The notes: generated by a model not told the origin, from the sequence alone. Counted from the first letter of the stretch, positions 1 through 6,233 are shown. The stretch is 24,000 nt of DNA from an uncultured Candidatus Saccharibacteria bacterium (GCA_964650255.1 CAZYQT010000006.1:1-24000); one strand, 5' to 3'. Made by a program: numbers and translations.

Positions 1-56
1 CGAGCTACGCTAGTAAACGCACTCACCAGCTAAAGCTGGTGGTTTAACTGGTTAAA

Positions 57-90
57 GAAAAAAGGCCGGGCTATGTGCTCGGCCTTTTTG
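57..90. terminator. Bidirectional intrinsic terminator hairpin, copy 1 of a duplicated element
   Basis: A6-GGCCGGGC-tatgt-GCTCGGCC-T5. The stem is 8 bp with one G.U and is flanked by an A-run and a T-run. A near-identical copy lies at 680-711. Confidence 0.7.
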
Positions 91-113
91 ATTAGTGATT
101 ACTGCCAGTTATA

Positions 114-293
114 TCAGGCAGACTTTTCTAAATGCTTGACTTCTTTAAACACGGTCACAGTTTCAACACGCCGATTTAGTAACATCTCGTCAGCAATTTT
201 GATGGCTTCCTCATCGCTTTTTGCCTCTTTCGTAAATTCTATGCTGTCTTTAATCGTTGATCCTGAAGTTCTGAATAGGTATATTATGTTCAT
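114..293 (-). CDS. Hypothetical small protein, 59 aa (MNIIYLFRTSGSTIKDSIEFTKEAKSDEEAIKIADEMLLNRRVETVTVFKEVKHLEKSA)
   Basis: I translated this by hand because it falls just below the ORF-track cutoff. A strong SD (AAAGGAGAA) lies 4-5 nt before the ATG (complement of 291-293). It follows the 306-611 gene directly and ends just before the terminator at 57-90. Confidence 0.55.
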   Translation of the reverse strand: MNIIYLFRTSGSTIKDSIEFTKEAKSDEEAIKIADEMLLNRRVETVTVFKEVKHLEKSA

Positions 294-305
294 AGGTTTC
301 TCCTT

Positions 306-611
306 TCACTTTTTGATGATTTTCCAATTCGGATATTTGCCCGATAGGCACTCACTCATTAAAGTGATGATACTTGCCAATACGAGATCGAAAGCCATTG
401 TGGTGATTAGCCAAAATGATATGAAGGTGAGTGTGGTCGTATTTGAACCGGATATGGTTTGCCATCCAAGCCACCTAAAGATGTAATGCACTGGCGCTAT
501 CGCCGCTAAGACAGAGACGCAAAATAACATTGGTGAAAGATCTCTGGCCATGTAAAATGCAACCCCCCAGACCTTTTGAAAAAAGTTGATCAATATTTTA
601 AGTCGTTTCAT
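306..611 (-). CDS. Hypothetical small membrane protein, 101 aa
   Basis: The tracked ORF is 306..623. An internal ATG at 611 is preceded by GGGAGGA, so MKRLKILINFF... is the likely start. Two or three hydrophobic helices. No family recognised. Confidence 0.55.
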   Translation of the reverse strand: MKRLKILINFFQKVWGVAFYMARDLSPMLFCVSVLAAIAPVHYIFRWLGWQTISGSNTTTLTFISFWLITTMAFDLVLASIITLMSECLSGKYPNWKIIKK

Positions 612-638
612 AGTTCCTCCCATACAAATCTTGCAGCA

Positions 639-667
639 ATTTTAGATAAATCTGCAAATATTGTAAA
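639..667 (-). promoter_or_regulatory. Sigma70-like promoter for the 611->114 two-gene cassette
   Basis: Minus strand reads TTTACA-17 nt-TAAAAT (plus-strand tgtaaa 662-667 and atttta 639-644). Confidence 0.5.
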
Positions 668-679
668 GACCTCAAAAAA

Positions 680-711
680 GAAAAAGGCCGGGCTATATGC
701 TCGGCCTTTTT
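680..711. terminator. Bidirectional intrinsic terminator hairpin, copy 2
   Basis: A5-GGCCGGGC-tatat-GCTCGGCC-T5. It differs from the 57-90 copy by one loop base and one A in the run. Confidence 0.7.
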
Positions 712-732
712 AGTTATAAAAATAATTTTTAA

Positions 733-1125
733 TCAACGTTTTTTCTTGTTGCCGGTAATTGGCGTATTGCCAATTTGGAAACTCGGCATGGTGGCGGAAG
801 CGACCTCTGCTTGATACCGGGGCAACGCCTCGATCTTTCTAAATAGAGCTTCGACAGCTTGTGGGCCAGAATTTTTTTTGACCCGGCTATCAATGTTTAT
901 GTAGCGAACGAAACGTGCAAGTGTTTCCTTTGTGCGCGTATCTTTTAGATAGTACCTGTCTGTGGATTCTTCTGAATTATCCGAGATCGTCGAAAGGACT
1001 TCGTACCGTCCTTTAAGTTGAGAGAAGCGTTGGGAATCTCCCTTTGTCTCCTCTAACCAAACAATGCTTCCGTTTAATGTCCCAGCCATTAAATCGTTGA
1101 TAATTTTTGTTATATTTCTTTTCAT
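733..1125 (-). CDS. Hypothetical protein, 130 aa
   Basis: The tracked ORF is 733..1137. The ATG at 1125 is preceded by GGAGGA (plus-strand ...tcatctgatcctcc). No family recognised. Confidence 0.6.
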   Translation of the reverse strand: MKRNITKIINDLMAGTLNGSIVWLEETKGDSQRFSQLKGRYEVLSTISDNSEESTDRYYLKDTRTKETLARFVRYINIDSRVKKNSGPQAVEALFRKIEALPRYQAEVASATMPSFQIGNTPITGNKKKR

Positions 1126-1173
1126 CTGATCCTCCAATATTTGAAATTGTTTTTGAACTTGATTTTATTTGCT

Positions 1174-1202
1174 AATATAACACTTATATAGCTTTTTGTC
1201 AA
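1174..1202 (-). promoter_or_regulatory. Sigma70-like promoter for the 1125->733 gene
   Basis: Minus strand reads TTGACA-17 nt-TATATT (plus-strand tgtcaa 1197-1202 and aatata 1174-1179). Confidence 0.55.
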
Positions 1203-1221
1203 GGACAAAATACAAAAACAG

Positions 1222-1230
1222 TGTTATAAT
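1222..1230 (+). promoter_or_regulatory. Extended -10 promoter element upstream of ftsK
   Basis: TGTTATAAT (TGnTATAAT) lies 36 nt upstream of the ATG at 1267. The -35 is weak (AGGACA). Confidence 0.4.
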
Positions 1231-1266
1231 TTATAGTGAAATACTTAAAAATTCCAAAAATACCAC

Positions 1267-3486
1267 ATGGGACGTAAAAAAAAGCGGTCGCGCGATAATG
1301 ACGAGTCCGAATCTTCCATCCTTAAGTCCATCCCGAAACCAAAATTAGATTTAGCTTCTGAAAGCAAACGCGGCATTGCTGTGGTTGTTTTCGTAGTTTT
1401 AGCTGGGATTACAGCTTTGGCCATTCTCGATATTGCCGGTGGCTTGGGCCAATTTTTGAAAAAATTATTTTTTTTGTTGTTCGGAATCATCGCATACTTA
1501 ATGCCATTAGTTTTTTTGCTAATCGCTTATTTGTTGTTTAAGAGTACTCCAGACGAAGAAAACAAACACCCATACTTCCGCACTTACTTGGGAATGTTTT
1601 TAAGTGCTGGGAGCATAGCGGGATTGATCCACTCTTTTTCTATGGATGAACTTAATGGTGCAGTGGCCTTGGCAAATGCTGGTAAAGCAGGCGGCTGGCT
1701 CGGCGCATTATTTGGCGGGCCAATAATTGGGGCCTTTAAATTTTGGGCAGGTGATTTAATTTTAATTGGTATTCTCGTAATTGGAATTGTCATCACTTTG
1801 AATTTGTCGCCAATGCTGTGGTTCAAGAAAAAAGATGAAGAAGCAATACCAGAAACAACAGGGGAGAAAGTGAAAATTAATTCTTTGGCAGAGGCAGTTT
1901 TAGCGGCAGATAATAATACAGATGAAGAAAACGATGAAGAAGAACCAAGGCCAAAATTAACTCCTTCGATTAACTTAACTCCATCTGGCCCAAGCAAAGA
2001 AGATGAAGCGATTTCGAAAATGGAATCAATTATTATTGAAGACCGCCGCGACTGGAAGCTACCACCGTTTGATTTACTTGATGATAATAAAACCGAAGTT
2101 GATTCTGGAAACATTGAAAGTAATGTAACTATCATTCAAAAAACTTTAGCAGACTTTGGTATTGATGTAGAAATGGGAGAAGTGAATGTTGGCCCAACTG
2201 TGACGCAGTACACTCTTCGTCCAGCCACTGGTGTGAAGCTTTCACAAATTGCTGCTTTGCAAAATGATTTGGCGCTCGCGCTCGCTGCACACGCAATTCG
2301 TATGGAGCTACCTATCCCAGGCAAGGCGTTGGTCGGTATTGAAGTGCCAAACAAATCTACCGCGATCGTACGCCTTCGCGAAGTGATGCAAACTTCAGAC
2401 TTTGTGAACAACAAGGGCAAGCTCGCGCTCGCGCTTGGCCGCGATGTTGCTGGTCGCCCAATGATTGCTGACCTTGCCAAAATGCCGCACATGTTAATTG
2501 CTGGTGCTACTGGAACCGGAAAATCTGTGGCCATCAACAGTTTGTTTATTTCTTTGCTTTACCGCAACACTCCACAAGACATTAAGTTTATTGTGGTAGA
2601 CCCGAAGCGCGTGGAGCTTAATATGTACAACGGCATTCCGCATCTTTTGACTCCTGCCATTACTGAATCCGACAAAGCAGTTAATGCACTTAAGTGGGCT
2701 GTGGCGGAAATGGAAAGACGTTACAAGCTACTTGCCGAAGCTGGTAATCGAAACATTGCTGACTACAATGCTGCCACTGAACTGCATTTGCCTTACATTG
2801 TTATTATTGTTGATGAGTTAGCCGACCTTATGGCTGTTGCCCAGCAAGATGTTGAAGCTGCAATTGTGAGGCTGGCGCAAATGGCTCGTGCGGTTGGTAT
2901 TCACCTTATTCTTGCAACCCAGCGCCCAAGCGTGGAAGTTATTACTGGACTTATTAAAGCAAACATTACTTCGCGCGCTGCATTTGCTGTGGCATCGCAA
3001 GTCGACTCTCGTACTATTTTGGATTCATCGGGTGCAGAAAAACTTTTGGGCAATGGAGACATGTTGTTTGTTTCAGCAGAATTTAATAAGCCAAAGCGCG
3101 TACAAGGAGCTTTCGTTGGTGAACAAGAAGTGCGCAAAGTCGTTGACTTCTTTAAGAATCAAGCTGGTGCAGTAATTTACAACGAAGAAGTTACAGAAAA
3201 ACCAAAACGTGGTTTGGGAATTCCAGGTATGGGTGGTGGTGATGGCGGTAGTGATGAAGACGATTTGTTTGATGCAGCCAAGGAAGAAGTGATGCGTGCT
3301 GGAAAAGCTTCTGCTTCTTTGCTCCAGCGTCGCTTGCGTATTGGTTACGCCCGCGCTGCTCGTCTCCTCGACATATTAGAAGACAGGGGAATTATCGGGC
3401 CAGGTGATGGTGCCAAGCCTCGCGAAGTGTACGCCGTGTCCGATGCGGAACGCGCGGAGTATGGCAGCGAGACCGAAGAAGTTTAA
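1267..3486 (+). CDS. ftsK: DNA translocase FtsK/SpoIIIE
   Basis: N-terminal polytopic membrane region and an acidic linker. Motor domain with Walker A GATGTGKS and Walker B IVIIVDELADL. C-terminal gamma winged-helix (SLLQRRLRIGYARAARLLDILE). Confidence 0.95.
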   Translation: MGRKKKRSRDNDESESSILKSIPKPKLDLASESKRGIAVVVFVVLAGITALAILDIAGGLGQFLKKLFFLLFGIIAYLMPLVFLLIAYLLFKSTPDEENKHPYFRTYLGMFLSAGSIAGLIHSFSMDELNGAVALANAGKAGGWLGALFGGPIIGAFKFWAGDLILIGILVIGIVITLNLSPMLWFKKKDEEAIPETTGEKVKINSLAEAVLAADNNTDEENDEEEPRPKLTPSINLTPSGPSKEDEAISKMESIIIEDRRDWKLPPFDLLDDNKTEVDSGNIESNVTIIQKTLADFGIDVEMGEVNVGPTVTQYTLRPATGVKLSQIAALQNDLALALAAHAIRMELPIPGKALVGIEVPNKSTAIVRLREVMQTSDFVNNKGKLALALGRDVAGRPMIADLAKMPHMLIAGATGTGKSVAINSLFISLLYRNTPQDIKFIVVDPKRVELNMYNGIPHLLTPAITESDKAVNALKWAVAEMERRYKLLAEAGNRNIADYNAATELHLPYIVIIVDELADLMAVAQQDVEAAIVRLAQMARAVGIHLILATQRPSVEVITGLIKANITSRAAFAVASQVDSRTILDSSGAEKLLGNGDMLFVSAEFNKPKRVQGAFVGEQEVRKVVDFFKNQAGAVIYNEEVTEKPKRGLGIPGMGGGDGGSDEDDLFDAAKEEVMRAGKASASLLQRRLRIGYARAARLLDILEDRGIIGPGDGAKPREVYAVSDAERAEYGSETEEV

Positions 3487-3496
3487 CTTAAAAAAT

Positions 3497-3520
3497 AAAA
3501 GCGCCGCAAGGCGCTTTTAT
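3497..3520. terminator. Bidirectional intrinsic terminator between convergent ftsK and the trmB-like gene
   Basis: AAAA-GCGCC-gcaa-GGCGC-TTTT. Confidence 0.75.
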
Positions 3521-3525
3521 CTTTA

Positions 3526-4290
3526 TTAAATTTTTTCCCAAAACCCTTTAAACATTTCACGTAAGTTTTTAGCCATGACTGCATCATGCGTTTCTACTAA
3601 ATAGTGTGGATGTTGGTTAGTAACTATAAACAAAACATAATCACCAAGAACTGCATGTGTAGCAGTAAAGTCCACGGATTTATCCCAATACTTCACTTGT
3701 CGATTTTTATTCTTCACAGCATCGGCAATTTCTTTTTCCGAAGGTTTATTGTTTGTAATTAAGCGTGTACCAAAATCCTCTGGAAAAATTTCCCAATGAT
3801 GCTCAACCCAATCTTTATATTCTTGTAATATTGATGCATCTTGAAATCCCCACCAGTTTTTCTCATTAATGTTTTTGGCACTCTCAATCCAAATAGGTAA
3901 TTGCTTAAATAGAAAATCTTTTAATTGTGGCTCATCAATAAAACGAATTTTAGGAACAGAATACTGCTTTGATTTTGGCAAAGCCTGTAATTCCAAGATT
4001 GCCTGCTCAATAGCAGTCTTTTTTTGTTCAAGTTCCTGTTCTTGCGATTTATATAGAGTGCGGAGTTCTTCGGGGGGCGTGGCTGTGTAGTAGGTGGTGG
4101 TGCCGCCCAAGTCCTCTTGGATAATTCCTTTTTTGATAAGCTCCTTAGAAACGCTGTAAACAGTAGTTCTATTGATTTTTGATACTCGGGAAACGTCTGC
4201 AGCTGATAGTTTACCATTCTCTTGAATGCACAAATATACGGCGATTTCCTTATCTGTGAATCCTAATTCTTGCAAATATTCGTTTAGCAT
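3526..4290 (-). CDS. TrmB-family transcriptional regulator
   Basis: The N-terminal winged HTH is typical of TrmB (LGFTDKEIAVYLCIQENGKLSAADVSRVSKINRTTVYSVSKELIKKGII), followed by a coiled-coil linker and a C-terminal effector-like domain. Confidence 0.8.
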   Translation of the reverse strand: MLNEYLQELGFTDKEIAVYLCIQENGKLSAADVSRVSKINRTTVYSVSKELIKKGIIQEDLGGTTTYYTATPPEELRTLYKSQEQELEQKKTAIEQAILELQALPKSKQYSVPKIRFIDEPQLKDFLFKQLPIWIESAKNINEKNWWGFQDASILQEYKDWVEHHWEIFPEDFGTRLITNNKPSEKEIADAVKNKNRQVKYWDKSVDFTATHAVLGDYVLFIVTNQHPHYLVETHDAVMAKNLREMFKGFWEKI

Positions 4291-4296
4291 AGACTA

Positions 4297-4305
4297 ATTA
4301 TAGCA
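4297..4305 (-). promoter_or_regulatory. Extended -10 (TGCTATAAT) placed 6 nt before the trmB-like ATG; candidate leaderless promoter
   Basis: Minus strand reads TGCTATAAT-tagtct-ATG. Confidence 0.5.
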
Positions 4306-4389
4306 TGTTGTTGGAGATAAATCAACATATATTTTATGTTATAAATAAGCCATTTATCTTAAAATAATCTAACATTATTTGGAATACTC

Positions 4390-4418
4390 TTGACAAAATG
4401 TCAAAAACTTGATATACT
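4390..4418 (+). promoter_or_regulatory. Near-consensus sigma70 promoter of the hammerhead-containing operon, with an operator-like palindrome over the -35
   Basis: TTGACA (4390-4395)-17 nt-TATACT (4413-4418). The perfect palindrome TTGACAaaaTGTCAA spans 4390-4404. Confidence 0.7.
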
Positions 4419-4482
4419 GGTCTCAACAAAAATAAATTCTGGTGTAGCGAGCCAAAAATACGCAAAATTTTAGGAGGAAAAA

Positions 4483-4875
4483 ATGGTACCAAGTTTTGAC
4501 AGTAATGGCTTAGCTGATGGCCTTACGGAAATGGATGAGGCGTCCAAAGCTCGATTGGAAGAATGGAAGGAAGCAATTAACAAACTTCCTGATACTGAGG
4601 ACTTTGATACAGACACACTCTCCAATCAAGCTTACATCTTAATACAAGGGGCGCTAGATGTAGGTTTTGATGAACATAGATCCCATGATGTGTTCTATCA
4701 ATTCAATCAAGGTGATCGAGCTCTCTTAACTGAAAGTTGCAATTGCAGTAGCGGTAGTCTGTGCCCGGCTAGACAAGCGAAAGTTAGATTCGATGGAACA
4801 TGGAATGAAGCTTACGCCGAGATGGTCAAGCTTTTGAAAAATAAAGCTAACCAAATTCCACAACCACCTGTGTGA
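4483..4875 (+). CDS. Hypothetical acidic protein, 130 aa (operon ORF1)
   Basis: AGGAGG lies 6 nt upstream of the ATG. No family recognised. Confidence 0.65.
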   Translation: MVPSFDSNGLADGLTEMDEASKARLEEWKEAINKLPDTEDFDTDTLSNQAYILIQGALDVGFDEHRSHDVFYQFNQGDRALLTESCNCSSGSLCPARQAKVRFDGTWNEAYAEMVKLLKNKANQIPQPPV

Positions 4876-4898
4876 AAACAGTTAAATCTTTTAGGTTC

Positions 4899-4971
4899 GA
4901 GAGGTCCTATTAAAACCTCTCACTGTCTCGAAGTGAATACTTCGACTGATGAGCTCAAAAGAGCGAAACAG
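4899..4971 (+). ncRNA. 7-bp hairpin (4899-4921) plus type III hammerhead ribozyme (4923-4971), copy 1
   Basis: CUGUC|UCGAAG-UGAAUA-CUUCGA-CUGAUGA-GCUC-AAAA-GAGC-GAAA-CAG. All invariant core positions are present, with a GUC cleavage triplet. Predicted cleavage falls after C4927. Confidence 0.88.
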
Positions 4972-5045
4972 AAAATCCAGCATGTGACTGGTTCGCGGGC
5001 TGATAAGGATCGCGCGAGACATTAAGCAATAGGAGGAAATTAAAT

Positions 5046-5417
5046 ATGCAAAATTTGTTGACTAACAAATTAGAAGCTGACTTAGCAGCTGTAGTTGCCA
5101 CTGAAGCATTTAATGATGCTGCGCACGCTGCTGAGTGGAAATTTGTTGAGTATGTGAACATTAAACAATTTAATGGTTCCATATCAGCAACTGCTATATA
5201 TTCATCAGATGATGTGATATTAGTATACGCTAATGGCTATGGTGACAAAAACCATTTTGCTCATTCGTTTTTGAGGCACACCTTGGAGAAGGCGGGCTTC
5301 GCGTATGCTGAGATAAATCTATATTTATCAATTCACACTGGATTAAGGCCTTGTTTAGTAATTTCTGATTACGATAAGTCTGTGAGTCCAGCTGAGTATA
5401 TATCTAGCAGGCTTTAA
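5046..5417 (+). CDS. Hypothetical protein, 123 aa (operon ORF2, bracketed by the two ribozymes)
   Basis: AGGAGG at 5031-5036 lies 9 nt upstream of the ATG. No family recognised. Confidence 0.65.
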   Translation: MQNLLTNKLEADLAAVVATEAFNDAAHAAEWKFVEYVNIKQFNGSISATAIYSSDDVILVYANGYGDKNHFAHSFLRHTLEKAGFAYAEINLYLSIHTGLRPCLVISDYDKSVSPAEYISSRL

Positions 5418-5649
5418 TTGCGCTGTTTAAATAAACAGTTCGCAATATCCCAGAGCTTAGTCTGACTGGGGGATATCTAATTTAATGCGCTATGAAAGAC
5501 CGAAAAGCGCGAAGCAGTATGTGACTGTGGACAGTGAATTAGACTAAATATCATGTCGTGAGACAGCAATATTTAGAAATTAATAAGCTCCACGTGATAG
5601 CCGTTTGTCTATCAACCTCCCCGCTCAAGTAGGTTTAAACCTTGAGCAC

Positions 5650-5722
5650 AGGAGATTCTAATAAAATCTCCTTCTGTCTCGAAGTGAATGCTTCGACTGA
5701 TGAGGCCAAAAGGACGAAACAG
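5650..5722 (+). ncRNA. 7-bp hairpin (5650-5672) plus type III hammerhead ribozyme (5674-5722), copy 2
   Basis: CUGUC|UCGAAG-UGAAUG-CUUCGA-CUGAUGA-GGCC-AAAA-GGAC-GAAA-CAG. The core is identical to copy 1. Stem II has one G.A mismatch and one compensated pair. Predicted cleavage falls after C5678. Confidence 0.8.
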
Positions 5723-5755
5723 ACAAATATGATAGTCAATCAATAGGGGGTGTGT

Positions 5756-6163
5756 ATGTTAAAGATTGAAAATGATGAGTTTAAGAACTTTCCTGTTGAT
5801 CAGCAGGTAAATATTATCCATAAAGCAATTATGGCTGATGATGATATAGAATTTTTCTTTTATGAACTGAAATGCGGTGTGGAAGAAAAAAAGTCCATTT
5901 ACAAGGCTCACTGTAAAAATCAAACGAGAGATGGGTCAATAGTTCGAATGTTTGAAGCTATGGATTTAAGTGATGTTGAAAAACAGGAATTAGCAGAGTG
6001 CGCGATTACTGCAATTATCTCAAATAAATTTTTGAGCTCTGCAAGATATAGATATGACATGCTCTCAAAATATCTTAGTTCAGACAAGCAGGCAAAGTTT
6101 TCTGCCGTGCTTGAGGATCGTGAGCATCAATCTTCATTGCGTAAAAGTGTTCTAGGTATATGA
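5756..6163 (+). CDS. Hypothetical protein, 135 aa (operon ORF3)
   Basis: The track starts at GTG 5750. I prefer ATG 5756 because AGGGGG (5745-5750) would then be a properly spaced SD. No family recognised. Confidence 0.6.
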   Translation: MLKIENDEFKNFPVDQQVNIIHKAIMADDDIEFFFYELKCGVEEKKSIYKAHCKNQTRDGSIVRMFEAMDLSDVEKQELAECAITAIISNKFLSSARYRYDMLSKYLSSDKQAKFSAVLEDREHQSSLRKSVLGI

Positions 6164-6184
6164 ACCAAAACACGCATTTATTTT

Positions 6185-6212
6185 GCCGGTTGTTAATTCA
6201 GCCGGCTTTTTT
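6185..6212 (+). terminator. Intrinsic terminator of the three-ORF operon
   Basis: GCCGGUUG-uuaauu-CAGCCGGC (8 bp including one U.G) followed by TTTTTTgTTTT. Confidence 0.7.
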
Positions 6213-6233
6213 GTTTTCCCAGTTTAGTCTGGA

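Noticed and set aside
1-33. Partial ORF at the window edge ending RATLVNALTS*, which resembles the KGR(A/T)T(L/I)VNA(L/I)IG loop of the pilin paralogs
   Set aside because: Only 10 codons are visible, and the ORF stops before the second hydrophobic helix that every paralog has. It may be a truncated pilin remnant, but this fragment alone cannot support that.
73-486. 137-aa plus-strand ORF in the track
   Set aside because: It begins inside the terminator hairpin and has no SD. It runs antisense to two minus-strand ORFs that have strong SD sites, a promoter and a terminator, so it is most likely spurious.
1584-3137. Several antisense or alternate-frame ORFs inside ftsK (1584..2135-, 2136..2537-, 2818..3000-, 2888..3175+, 2901..3137-)
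   Set aside because: They lie entirely within a confidently identified ftsK reading frame, and their translations are low-complexity with no recognisable features.
4955-5182. 75-aa minus-strand ORF overlapping hammerhead 1 and the start of ORF2
   Set aside because: It is antisense to a ribozyme and to an SD-led ORF, has no SD of its own and is of low complexity.
5835-5841. CUGAUGA inside ORF3 coding sequence
   Set aside because: No downstream stem II plus GAAA and no upstream GUC with stem I. The sequence simply encodes ADDD.
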